Shown piece by piece: positions 25,201 to 37,100 of a DNA stretch of 64,000 bases. Position numbers and translations under genes: made by a program. The stretch comes from Prorocentrum cordatum (Eukaryota), in contig CAUYUJ010000203.1 in assembly GCA_963575745.1 (NCBI GenBank), forward strand, positions 372,001-436,000, given 5' to 3'. Each line of letters begins with the position of its first letter. Position 1 is the first letter of the stretch. The notes under the pieces were generated by a model. The model was not told the origin of the DNA, searched no databases, and saw only the letters and a program-made list of their open reading frames with translations.

Positions 25201-25644
25201 CTGTCTCCGCACCTCCGCACTGTTCCTCACCCTCGTCGTGGAGGTGTCCTCCTCCTCGTCCTCCTCGTCATCATTCTCCGAATGGCGGCAACAATGTGTT
25301 TCCCAGAAGGTTTTCTGGGAACATGCAGTTTGGGCCGTGTTGGGGACCTCCTGGAAGCCTCTTGACCTTCTGTGGGCGACTTCGGAAGGACAGAGGGATG
25401 GAGCAACGGCTTAGCGGTTGCGTGTCCATCCTGCTCCTCGGCCTCCACATTCTGTCCGCCCTCCTCCTCCTCCTCCACCCCCTTGTCCTCCTCTATTTTG
25501 TCATCCTCGTTCTCATCATCATACCCTGCCTCCGTCCTTCGTCTCTCCTTTTCCTCATCGTCCCCCTCCACCGCCTCCTCCTCCTCCTACTCTTCGTCCT
25601 CCTCCTCCTCCTCCTCCTCCTCCTCCTTTTGATCTTCCTCCTCG

Positions 25645-27780
25645 GACTGGCGGTGACAATCACGTTCCTGGCAGTCTCTTCGGGAATATGATAGTTGCGG
25701 CCGAGCTGGGGCCCTCGTGGAGGCCTCTGTAGGGCCCTTCAGGGGTGTCGAGGCGTACTTGGGGGGCCGTCCTGGGGCTCCTCGGCCGCCTGTAAGGCCC
25801 TTTTTGGTTGTCCAGGCGTGTGTTGGGGGGCCGTTTTGGGGCCCGTTTGGCCAGCTTGACCGCCTCTTGGGCCGTCTTGGCGCCCTCTGGGGGCGTGTTG
25901 GCTGAGAGAAGTGTCTTGGGTTGTGTTGGAGAAAATGCTTGAGAACCATTTCCTCCGAATACTGGCGGCAACAATCACGTTCTCGGAACGCTGTCCAGGA
26001 AATGAGGGTTGCGGTCGTGTTGGGTCCCTCGTGGAGGTCTCTGCAAGGCCCTTTCGGGGTGCCGAGGCTCATTTGGGAGGCCGTCTTGGGGCTCCTCGGC
26101 CGCCTGTAGACCTTTTGGGGTGCCGAGGCTCGTTCGAACGGCATTGTCGGGGAGTCTTGGGTCATGTTGGGCGCCTCTTGGGACGATTTGGCGCCCTCTT
26201 GGTGTGTATTGTGGCTCTCTTGGAGGCCTCTTGAGCCGTCCCTGGGCGTCGGGAAGCAGAGCAGGCGACAACGGCATAATCCTCGAACAAACTACAGATA
26301 ATCTTCGACTTTTGCCTATTGGGGCTCTCTCGGGAAGCAGTTTGGAGTCCCATCGGGGCGCCTTGGAAACCCCGTAAGCCGTCCCGAAGCCATGGTGGGC
26401 GTGCTGGGGCCGTTGCAGGGCCCTGTGGGCCCCCTTGGAAGCCCGTTTGGCGTGTGCAGGCTCATTTGGGAGGCCGTCTTGGGGCCTCTTGGGCAGTCTC
26501 GGGCGCCTCTTGGGCAGTTTTGACGCACTCCTGGAACTGGCTGGGACATTTTTGGATACAATTCGTGCCGTCTCCGAGTTATCGGGAACCGGAGCAAGCG
26601 ACGACGGAAAAATCTTTGAAAAACCAACCGGGAATCAATGATTTCCTCTTGGGGCGTCTTGGAGACCTCGTGGGCCGTCTCGACGCAACGGCGGGCGTGC
26701 CGCGGCCGTTTTGAGGCCCTGTGGGCCTCCTTGAGGACCACTGTTGCGTGTCCGAGCTAAGCAGGGGGCCGCCTGGAGCCCTCATGAGCCGTCTTGGGCG
26801 CCCCTTGCGCCGTCTTGGCGCCCTCGCCTCCTGTGCCGTCTCTGGACGTCGGGCAGCGGAGCGCACGACCACACGAAAAAACGCCGACCCTGCCGGTGTG
26901 TGAGGGGCTTTTCCGTTCGAGTCGTCGTCGCCGTCATTCGTTCATCGTCGTCTCTGTCGTTCTCTTTCCCTGCATTTTCCTTTCCCTGTGCCCGTCGCCG
27001 CTCCTCTCTCCTTTCCTGGGCTCTCCTCCTCAAGCGCGTCAGCCAAAGCGAAATTGAGCAACGTGGTCATACACTCGACTGGAAGCCCCTTTCCTTTGAT
27101 CCTCCCCCCGCCAGAACGGGGGGAGGCCCCTGGGGGGGTCCCGAGTCCGGACGCGAGTCAGACACGTTTCCCCTCCAGGGACTCTCGGGCCGCAAAAGCT
27201 CCCAAAGACAATCCATGAAGGCCCCGGTCGCCGAACGATCTGTCCAAGACGCCTGGACGGCCTCCACACAGCCCAAGAATCCTGCAAGACGCTCAAAGAG
27301 GCCTCCAGGAGCAGTCCCAAGAGTGCCTCAAGAACAAAAATCGTAGATGTCGCCATAAGTTTTTGAATGTGTTCGGCGTTTCTGCCTCTCCCGCTTCCCA
27401 ACGCTCCAAGACGGCCCAAGCGGCCTCCCATATCCATATCGCCCCCAGACAGCCCCAGAGGGCTCCACGAGAGACCCAAAACGGCCCAAGAGTCCCAAGA
27501 CGGCCCAGGACGCCTCCAAAAAGGCCCCAGAAGCCCCCACAACCGCTCCAAGACGGTGCCGAGACGGCGGACCCAAACGGACATTTCGAGCCCTCCGCGC
27601 CGAGTGCTCCCAGGAGAAACCAAGAGGCCCCCAAAAGGCCCACAAGAAGCCCCGAAGAGACCCCAAGCTACTCCCGAGAGGCCCCCGGGAAGCCCCACCC
27701 AGCAGGCCCCCAAGAGGCCCCCTGAGAGACCCCTACACTGTCCCCCGGGGCCCCCGAGAGCGTTTCGACCAGACCCCAAG
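25645..27780. repeat. GC-rich interspersed repeat cluster (~315-bp tandem duplication; gggcctc units, then inverted ccccaag units)
   Basis: tggcgg...acaatcacgttc...cctcgtggagg.ctctg...ggggctcctcggccgcctgta at ~25648 and ~25963; strand polarity flips near 27.0-27.2 kb. Confidence 0.7.
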
Positions 27781-30700
27781 AAGCATCCCTGAGGACTCTG
27801 ACCCGCGTCACCGTCGTCGTCGTCGTCGGCAGCCCCACGGCGTATGCACAGTAAAGTGGTTGCCGCGATGCCCGTTGTCTTGGTGGCGACACACCAGCCC
27901 CATCCTGGTAGACGGCGAAAACCATGGCGACTCCTCCGCCGTCCAGCTCCTCATCCCTCCTCCTCCTCCTCCTTCTAAGTATCGTCCCTCCTCCCTCCTT
28001 GTCCCCTTCCCCTTCACCTCCTCCGCCCCCCTCTCCTCCACCCTCCCATTCCTTAATTTCTTGAAGCTCTTCATCGTCGCTGTCTTCGTCGTCGTCCCCC
28101 TTCAGGATCGGCGGCACCAGCCGTAAGGCGACATCAATGATTTATGCCCGTTTGGGCTCACACAGAAAGCAGTTTGGAGCCCCCGTGGGGCGTCTTGGAG
28201 GCCTCGTGGGCCGTCTCGAAGCAGTGGTGGGCGTGCTGGGGACGTTTCGGTGCCCCCTGGGCCCTCTGGAAGACCCCTTTAGCGGGTCGAGGCTCGTTTG
28301 GCCCCCCATGCGGCACTTTGGCACTGGTCCGCACCCCCCCAGGGGCCTCCTCATCTCTCTCTCGCTCTCTCTTTCTCTCTCGTTCTCTCTCACTCTCTCT
28401 GTATGTAGATATTCTATATGTACATATGTGTGCGTGCCTGACCTTCGGGGTTTCGAAGGGCGTATCCCCACCAAGGGGGGTGGGCTGGCAGGGCTGAGAT
28501 ACCACGGCCCAGTAGGGGCGGGAATAGATAAGACGATGCTGGCCCCTCCCAGAAGAGTAGGATTGCCCAGGGCGGCTCCTCGGCCCAAAGTGGTTGGGCC
28601 TTCTGGATCGTGCTTTGCTTGGGGAGCTCGGCACTGGCGAACTCTTCCGCGGAGTACAATGCAGTGCGGACAGGCCGGGTGGGGGAGAGGGTGGCCCTCC
28701 ATACAAGGCCATGCCGAGTCAGACCAACCACCAACTCCTTTCCACCCGCTCCATACAGGGGCCGGTCTAGCACTTGTGGTGGGATGGGGGAGCTCGGCAG
28801 GTGGCGGGGCGACTGTTCCCATCTGAGGAGCGGAAAAGGACGGGGGAGAAAAAGGGGGACGGGGGGCAAGGGGCAACAACAACCTGGAGATGTGCGCGAA
28901 AGGGAAGGGAAAGGAGAGAGGGGAGCAGAGGAGAACGGTGATGGGAATGGGGAGGCCAAGGGAGCAGAGGCAGAGGGGGAGCAAGTTGCGGCACGGACTG
29001 GATCAGACGGAGACGGGCAGGGCGCAGGGGTGCCCTAGGCACGGAGCACCCGAGATTCGAGCACCCCCCCCCAACACCAACATCAAAGCGAGAACCGCGA
29101 TCACCCTGCGCAGCCTCGAACCGTCGCGCCGTCGCCCGCTGCGGGCTCTCGCGACGGCCCCCGCGAGATCGCCCAAAAGCGTGGGCGCGCGGGGGGGACC
29201 CTTCCAGCGCGCCGCCCTGGCCGACGGAACCTGGGGAAACCAAAAAAGTACCGAGTGGCCGTTTGCTGTTCTCCTCCGGGTACGCGGGAGTGGGGGCTTC
29301 GGGCGGGGAGGGCAACGGCAACGGCGGCCTCGGCGTGCACCCGCCAGGGTGCGTCCGCGCCACCGCCGCATCACTTGCCCGCGTGCACCACAGCATGCAG
29401 GGCGGGCGTCCAGGCCCCCACCCCTGGTACGATCGTTAGCGTTACCCCAGGGGATTGTGGGGGGGGGGGGGGTGGCCGGTGACGAGCGCCACCCTGGGGA
29501 GAAAGAAAACACGCTCACCGATGCCGCCACTCCCCAGACCTCTCCCTGGATGCGCTCTGGCCAGACTTTCGGGGCGACCCCAGCGGTGGCGACGAGGGCC
29601 TCCCAAGAGGCCCACATAGAGGACAGACGAAGGGAGGGCAGCGGTGTGGGAACCCTTGCCCTCCTCCGAGGCCCGTCGGGGCCACCGCCCATCGGCAGAC
29701 CGAGGGGCCCGCCGCAAGAGCCGTGCGGCCAGGCCGCCGCAGCCCGAGAAAAAGCACGAGCGCGCGCCGACCGCGCGCCGACCGCGCTGCATGGCGCTTG
29801 GTCTCGCTGCCCGGAGCGCCACTCTCGGCGGCGCGCCCGGGGGGGGGGGGGAAGGCAGACGGGGGCAGGCCTCGGGGCTTGCCAGCAGTGCCCCTGGCCC
29901 GGGGAGCCCCCCCCAGCTTGCCGCTCCCTTTTGGAGCCCCTCGGGCCCTCTGGGCCTCGTGAGGGGTGCTCTGTGGAGGCCGTGGGGGCCTCCTGGGAAA
30001 TCCTGGGGGCACCTTGGGCCAGGGGCGCACTTCTGGCAACACCCGAAGGCCCCTCTCAGAAGGCGTCCGGCCTTCCGAGAAGCCCTCGGCGGCTTCGGAG
30101 GAGGCTCCGCAAGCCTCCCAGGAACCTCGAGGCCTTCTGAGCCCGAGAAGGCACGCCCCCTCGGCCGCTCCTCTCGGTCACACCGCCGATATCCACAGGC
30201 GGCAAGGATACGAAGTTCAACCGAAACTGAAGGTGCTGCCGCGCCGCCTCGGTGTCGAACAGTATGAGCACACCACGGGTTCGGCGAGCACGACTGGTAC
30301 CACACAGCGGGGCCCGACCGTAGGACCGAGCCCGTCGAAGATTCTGGCTCAAGCAATGCACGGCGGGTGCCGTCCAAGAGCTTTCATCAACATCCCCGGG
30401 CCGCGAACGATGCGCGAGACCGCTCAACCTCATTGAACGCCCGTGTCTCCTGGTGGTCGCTTCGGCAGCAAAGCGGCATAACATTGGCGTAGCACGTGTA
30501 GGAGATCGATCCGAGCCGCTGCCATATTCAATGCTCCACGTGAGGTACACGAGCGCGCGACGGACGGTCACGGTCATAGCAACTCCCGCAGTGCGGGATT
30601 ACTTTGTGCACTCGAGATCCTCGAGCTTTACTTGCACGCCGGCGGTGTCCCGTTCACGCGTCAGCAGCCTGGGCTTTTTTTTTTGCGGAGCGCGAGGGCG

Positions 30701-31361
30701 GCAGAGGAAGAGTTCAGTGTCGATGAGCTGGCCCCCCATCTGATGGGAAGGGGACTGCACCGTGCTACGAGTTCAAAGCAAGTGCTGTACAACGGTCTGG
30801 AGCAATGTGCACTCGAATCCACAGTCAAAGCCCTGAAAAAATAAAACTGGCCACGCCCGGTGGAGCCGATAGGCCAGCGCGCTTAGGCGCGAATGGCATA
30901 CCGAAGAGTCTCCGCATTGAGCGACGGCGCAAATAGAGCGAACGGCAGGTTCGGCTTCACAAATTCCATCACGCTTGCATGACTGAGCATGTGCCTCCTT
31001 GAATGTACACGCTGACGCAGCTGCCATGCTGTATGTCACTCTCCTAACGAAAGCAGCTGCAGCTTCAGCATGGGCAACTAGGCCCCAGGTGTTCGCGCCT
31101 CGGTGGACATCTTGAAGGAACACACCCATACCAGAATGGCGCCCGACGCAAAAACTTCGAAGAGAAATGCCACCGCAATGGTGATCGCTAGAGGCCGCCC
31201 AGGGCGGCGCAGATGAGGTAGAACGTTAGAGGGGGGCCGGCTCAGCTGGAGCGGGTGGTTTGGAGAAGGTGGGAGAGGGAGATGAGCGACAACCGCAGCA
31301 ATAGCTGTCGAGAGAGAAGGGCACGGACGACGGCCGACCTGCAGGAGGACTCTCACTGCAA

Positions 31362-31670
31362 CTATGAGTCCTTGACGCTCGCAGAGCATGACAGCTCGGG
31401 CTTGGCAACGCGGTGAGGGACAGGCATCGCCGCATGCCCCTGGCAGTCTGTGCTGCCAGGCCTGGTCGCAGTGTCGCCCGGTCGCCCAGATGCGTGCTGT
31501 CCACTGTGCTGGTCGTCAGGGCCGCGGGAAGCTGCCTGCTGCATGTGCTGCTGCACCTGCCTGGTGATCTTCACGCTGCGCTTGGCCTTCACTGCCTTCA
31601 TGGCCTTGGCGGCCTTCACGGCCTCGAAGGCCCGCTGCATCTCCTCGTCATCTGTGCCACTGGAGCTCAT
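31362..31670 (-). CDS. 102-aa ORF at the 5' end of the retrocopy, function unknown (probably truncated)
   Basis: First ATG after the SL stack: MSSSGTDDEEMQRAFEAVKAAKAMKAVKAKRSVK...; GC3-rich codons in the N-terminal part. No continuous frame downstream. Confidence 0.5.
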   Translation of the reverse strand: MSSSGTDDEEMQRAFEAVKAAKAMKAVKAKRSVKITRQVQQHMQQAASRGPDDQHSGQHASGRPGDTATRPGSTDCQGHAAMPVPHRVAKPELSCSASVKDS

Positions 31671-31737
31671 GATGTCGCGAGGCGCTGGTGGCCGGTGGCT
31701 TGAGGTAAGGTGCGCCAAAATGGCTTGAGCCAACTGC

Positions 31738-31759
31738 CTTGAGCCAAAATGGCTACGGA
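31738..31759 (-). other. Exact dinoflagellate spliced leader TCCGTAGCCATTTTGGCTCAAG, followed by relict leaders
   Basis: 22/22 match to DCCGTAGCCATTTTGGCTCAAG; then GCAGTTGGCTCAAG (31737-31724) and CCATTTTGGCGCAC (31723-31710). Confidence 0.97.
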
Positions 31760-33141
31760 CGCGTCAGCAGCCTGGGCTTGAACCCTGATGGGGGGGGTAA
31801 TACAGTCGGCCCGTGTCAGAAGGATGCGCGGTAAGGATGCAAGGGCCTTGGAGGCCCATGCTCGCGTTTGTCGAACGAGAACGGCCAGCGAAAGTCGCTA
31901 AGCATGGGCCGACGGGGCAAGGATGCACGGGTACACGTCGTTCATTTCTAATCGTGCTCATTTCTAATTGTGCTCGTTTCTGATTGTTCCTGGCCCCCTA
32001 AGGGCCAGGAAGAGGCCCAGGATAGAACAATTAGAAGTGAAAGGATCTTGGCCCCCAAAGAGTCAAGGAATGTTCGAAGACTTCGAGATGAGCAATGGGT
32101 AGCCCTGGGAGGATTGCCTATCCTTGCCATGCGGGTTGACTGCAGTGGGAGAGCCCCAGAGGGGACGGCACGAGCACCGACGTCCCGTGCGGAAACACCA
32201 GCTCGGGGGGTGAAACGGTGCGAGGAGCCGGGAGGCGCGACTGGGGGGGAACTCACCTGGTCAGGAAAAAAAAGCTCCCCAAACAGTCCACCACCACCAC
32301 CACGATGCCGAGCACCCGGAAGGAGGCGTGGGCAGAAGAGTGCGCAATTGGCAACTCCTCGGGGCACGCAAAGAAAACGCTACACGTCGAATGCGTGCGT
32401 ACGGAAATGCGACTGTAGGACTGCGACGCATAGAAGCGGTGCGCATCACGACTGTGAAGTAGAGAACGAAGCGCCAAACTGTGAAGCAGAAGAGTGGCGA
32501 GGAAGGGAGGGAGGGGAGCGAGGGAGGGGCGAGTAGAAAGGGGAATCAATAACAATCGTTGCAATCCTCTTGTTTAGGCGCGTCGAGGGGTCACGTGCAC
32601 TCCTCCCGTGAGTGGCACATCTCGACGGATCCCTCATGGCCGGCGAGTGATCAGTTGCTGAGCAGCTGGGGGGAACCCTCCCTGCGGCCTTCGAGATATT
32701 ACAAATACCCTAACGACGCCCAAATCCTGACATCCTCCGAAGAGGTACGGTGAGGGCGTTCGTTGAGGAATGTGCCCAGGAAACTTCAGACCCTGGATGA
32801 TTCCTTATCTGATGAGGGCGTCGTTGATATCAATGGCCAAGCACAAATTGGTGTTCTACCAACTCCGCGACCCTGGAGGATTCCTTCCGCAATTGGGCAC
32901 ACCGGCTGACAATGCCTGGCCATGGTCCCAAAGAAGCGGGGCTTCATGGCAGAAGACCCACGAGCAGGGAATCCCCAACGAGACAACCCCACCGTCGCCT
33001 CAACCACCATTGCTCCACCTCCCCCTCCCCTCCCCTCCCCTCCTTCACTCTTACCCCCCGCCTGTCTTTCTGCGTATCTCTCCGTATCTCTCTCACTCTC
33101 TCTCTCTCTCTCTCTCTCCCACTCCCCCCCCCCCTCTATCT

Positions 33142-33377
33142 AGGGGCCTCCTAGATGGGGTCCGAGTAAATGAGGTCGAAGGATCACGCCGCATCTCCGA
33201 TGCATCAGCGATGGATCGGCGATGCATCGGCGATGCACCAGCAACGTCGGTGAAGTTGCACAGGCGACGTCGGCGTGGAGAAACTCGGGCTCCACATCGA
33301 GCCGCATCGCCGATGCATGGGCGATGCGGCGCGATCCTCCGAACCCATCTACTCGGAACCCATCTAAGAGGCCTAGA
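33142..33377. mobile_element. Palindromic MITE family A, 236 bp, 6-bp TSD CTATCT
   Basis: CTATCT at 33136-33141 and 33378-33383; termini AGGGGCCTCC...GAGGCCTAGA; long inverted arms. Confidence 0.88.
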
Positions 33378-34194
33378 CTATCTCTCTGCTCCGCCGTGTC
33401 GTCCGTCTCCTCTGCCGCCGCCGCCTCCTCCTTCCGTCCTCTCACCCCCTGTTCCTCCAAGGCCGCCGCCGCCGCCTCCTGGCGGCAAGACTGGCCAGTC
33501 GCCGCACGCGCAACAAGAGAGTGCGCGGCTCGCGGGCTGCAGGCCTTATCGCGCGCGGGGACGCAGATGGTCTCGTGATCGGTGACCTGCCCCCGGTAAG
33601 GTAAATCATTGACAATGCATCACAAGACGCAGTGATGGACGAAGCATACTCGATGGAACAATCATTGAAAACCAACAATGTCAAACAGCACGATCTGCTA
33701 AATAATAATTTGGGTTCTGAGTCTGGCAGGGGGACGAGGAAAGTATGAAGGGGGATCGAAGACGGATGGATGCAGAGGGGGATAAGACAGCAGGAATGGT
33801 CCCGGACCCCGCAGGGCGCTTGGCCAGGTCTTGCCAGCACACCCCAGGCGATCAGACAGGTGATCAGAGAGACCGAAGAGAGACCCAAGACAGCACAAAA
33901 GCGCTCCAAAAAGCACCCAGATGGCCTCCCGAGGCCCCCAAGACGGCCCAAGAGGCCCTGAACAGGACTCCCAGAATGCAGAAATCGCTTCATTCCCTCT
34001 GGGAAACGTGCATTTTCAGCAAATTCGCTGTTCGGGTCTTAGCAGCGCCCAAAACAGCCACAAAGGCCTCCAGTGTCGCACCGGGACGGCCCGGGGGACC
34101 CCCGAGACAGCCTCTGGACGGCCTGGGCCATGGGAGGCCACCAGGAGGGCCCACGTAGCCCCCTTCAAATCCCTAGGGGGCTCAAGCTCGCCGG

Positions 34195-37100
34195 CTTGAG
34201 GGCCTTGGGGTCGTACGATCTTACGGCCTTAGAGTCTTGGGAGATCAGGGTATTATGGTATTGTGGCGTCAGGGTGTTATGGCATTAGGGTGTTAGGGTC
34301 TCAAGGTATCCAGGCATCATGGCATGATTGAACTAATGTATGACGGTCTTGCGGCCTTAGGGTCTTAGGGCATTCGGGTCTTAAGATATTAAGGGGTGTC
34401 GTTGGGTCTTAGGGTCCTCGGGTCTTACGGTTTTAGGGTCTTCGCGTATTAGGGCCTTGGGGTCTTAGGGTATCAGGGTGTTCGGGACTTATGGCATGAG
34501 GGTCTTAGAGTATGAAGGTCTCAGGGCATCAAGGTCCTAGGGTGTTAGGGTCTTAGAGTCTCAGGGCCTTACAGTGTTTGCGTCTTAGGGTATTGGGGCA
34601 TTCAGGTATTAGGGTATTATGGTATGAAGGTCTTAGGGTATTACTGTTTTAGGGCATGCGGGTGCCAGTCATCGGGGCGGCTTCAGGGTCTTAAGGCATT
34701 GCGGTGTGAATGCGCTAGGGTGTTAGGAGTGTTCGGGCATTCGGGAATTAGGGTGTTCGTGTCTCAGCGCTCTAGTGAACTATCAAGTTAAAGCATTCAG
34801 GTTTTAGGGTCTTACGCTTTGGGGGTCAGAGGACATTGGGATCTTAGGGCATTGGGGCATTACGGTGTAAGGGCGTTAGGGTCTGAGGGCCTTCGGGTCT
34901 TAGGGTATCATGCTCTTAGCGTCTTAGGGCATTGGGGTCTTAGTCAATCAGGGTCCTAGGTTTTAGGTTATTCGGGTCTGAAGGCCGTAGGGTCTCATTG
35001 TCTTAGGGTGTTAGGATCTCTGGGTAATAAGTCTTCTTGCTTTAGGCTATCTGGTCCTAGGGTGTTAGGGCTTTAAGGTGTTCGAACCTTAGGGGCTCAG
35101 GGTTTACGACATTCCGGCCTTGGGGTCTTAGGGTCTTTTGGCACGAGGAATCAAGATCTGAAGACCTTGGGTTTTTAGGGTATTTGGAGCCTTAGAGTGT
35201 CATGGCATTAGAAGTTAGGGCATTAGGGCATCAGGGCAGTAGGGGACTAGGGTATCAAGGCATTCGTGGAATTGGGTCTTCGGCCCTTGGGGTATTGAGA
35301 TATTAGATGTTCGGGTCTTAGTGTATTAGGGCGTTAGGGTCGTAGGGCGTTGGGAGTCTAAAGTCGTCGGGTCTTTGGGTCTTTGGGATTTAGGGTGTTC
35401 GGGTATTCGAATATTAAGGCATTAGGGTATTAGGGCGCTAGGGCTTTATGGGTCCTAGGGTATTGAGGAATCAGGTGTTCGGGCCTGCTGGTCTTAGGGC
35501 ACTCAGGTCTTCGGGTATAGGGGGGCGGGGGGGGCAAAGGTCTTCGGGTATTAAGGACTTAGGGTCTTAGTGTATTGAGGCATTACGATTTTAGGGTATC
35601 AGGGCAATCGGGTATTAGTGCATTGGGGTCTTATGGTCTTAGGGTCCCAGCGTCTTAGCGTCTCAGGGTCTGGTCTAAAGGCAATAGAGCCCTAGGGCCT
35701 TAGGGCCTTGGAGCCTTCGGGTCTTGGGGCCGTCGGGCCTTAGGGCATTGAAGCCTGAGGGCTTTAGGGCCGGAGGGTCTTTGGATATTCGGGTCCGAGG
35801 GTCTCACGGCGTTAAGGTATTAAGCGTTACGGTCTTAGGGTGTCTAACCCCTTACAGTGTTAGGATCTTAGGGTCTTCAGCTCTGAAGGCATTCGGGCCT
35901 TAGGATCTCAGGGCGTAATGGAATTAGAGTGTGATGGGTTTAAAAGGTGTTCTGGTATCAGGGCATCGAGGAAGTATGTTTTAGGGTCTTAGCGTCTTAA
36001 GACCTAGGGTATTAGGGCAGTGTGGTATTGGGGCCTTGGGGTAATGAGCCATGAGGTGTAAGGGTCTTAGGGAAGCAGGGGGGTCTTCAAGGATTAAGGT
36101 ATGAGGGGAATAGGGTCTTCGGGGTATGGGAGTATCCGGGTATTCTACTGTTTTGGTATGGGGGCATCAGCGAATTAAGATATTAGGGCGTTTGGGCGTC
36201 GGGGTGGTAGGGTCTTGGGTTTTCAGGGTCTTAGGGTCTCAGGGACTTGGGGTATCAGGACCTTGGGGTCTTATGGCAGGCGGGGGGGTACGGTCTGAGT
36301 CCAGTAGGGCTTTAGGGTGTGATGCCACCCTTGGTGGCCGGGTGGCCAGGACATGTGAAAATACGTGGGTCTAACTCGGGACCGCCATGTCAGATACCAC
36401 ACGGCGGGGCCTGGGCACGTGGAAAACAAGATTCCAGCTAGGGGCAACCATGTTAGGTACACCTCTGGGTTGCCTGGACACGTGAGAACACGTGACCCCA
36501 GCTCGGGGACACCATGTTCGATACCACCCGGGGTAGCCTGGACACGCGAAAACACATTGCGGTCTTACGGCGTTTTGGTAGTAGGTTTTACGGATTTGGG
36601 TCCCTAGAGCATCCAGGTCTTAGTCTTTGAGTATTATGTTATTAGGGTACGGACCCATGTCATTGATGTATTTCCGTATTCAAGTATTCGTTCAGTCGAG
36701 TATTATTGTATTAGGGTATCAGGGCATTCAGGTATTCGGATATTCGAGTATCGGGGTATTTGAAACATCGGGTAGTACTGCACCTTCGGATGTTAGGGCA
36801 TTAGGGTCTTGGGTCTCGGGGACTTACGGTCTGCGGGTCTTGGGGTAATGGTGTATGAGGGTCTTAGTGTATCAGGGTACTTTTGTCTGACGGCCTTCGA
36901 ATCTTAGGGCATTCATGTAAGATAGAATTCGGGTATTAGGACGTTCGTGTTGTTCGGCACCCGGGTATCAGTGTACGAATGGTATGAGAGTATGAAGGTC
37001 ATAGGTTATTAGGGTACGAGGGTCTTAGGGTCTTAGTGCGCAGGGTCTTAGGGTCGTAGGTTTAGGGTCTTAGGGCACTAGTGTCTTATAGCATTAGGGC

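Larger units (their letters stand above)
30675..31759 (-). pseudogene. Full-length retroposed trans-spliced mRNA (processed retrocopy)
   Basis: 5' DinoSL at 31759-31738; poly(A) seen as T10 at 30675-30684; flanking direct repeat ACGCGTCAGCAGCCTGGGCTT at 30656-30676 and 31759-31779. Confidence 0.95.

Noticed and set aside
30341..30353. ATTCTGGCTCAAG as an inverted SL partner of the retrocopy
   Set aside because: A 12/13 match outside the TSD-defined insert; plausible by chance.
28890..30377. 416-aa and 311-aa overlapping ORFs
   Set aside because: R/G/P/A-rich, open on both strands, no recognisable motif.
31362..31670. DVNP gene call
   Set aside because: Only a short KAMKA-like stretch; the conserved DVNP core is absent.
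31738..31759. SL RNA gene
   Set aside because: The SL is followed by relict SLs and an ORF, not a GT donor and SL intron, and lies within a TSD-flanked polyadenylated insert.
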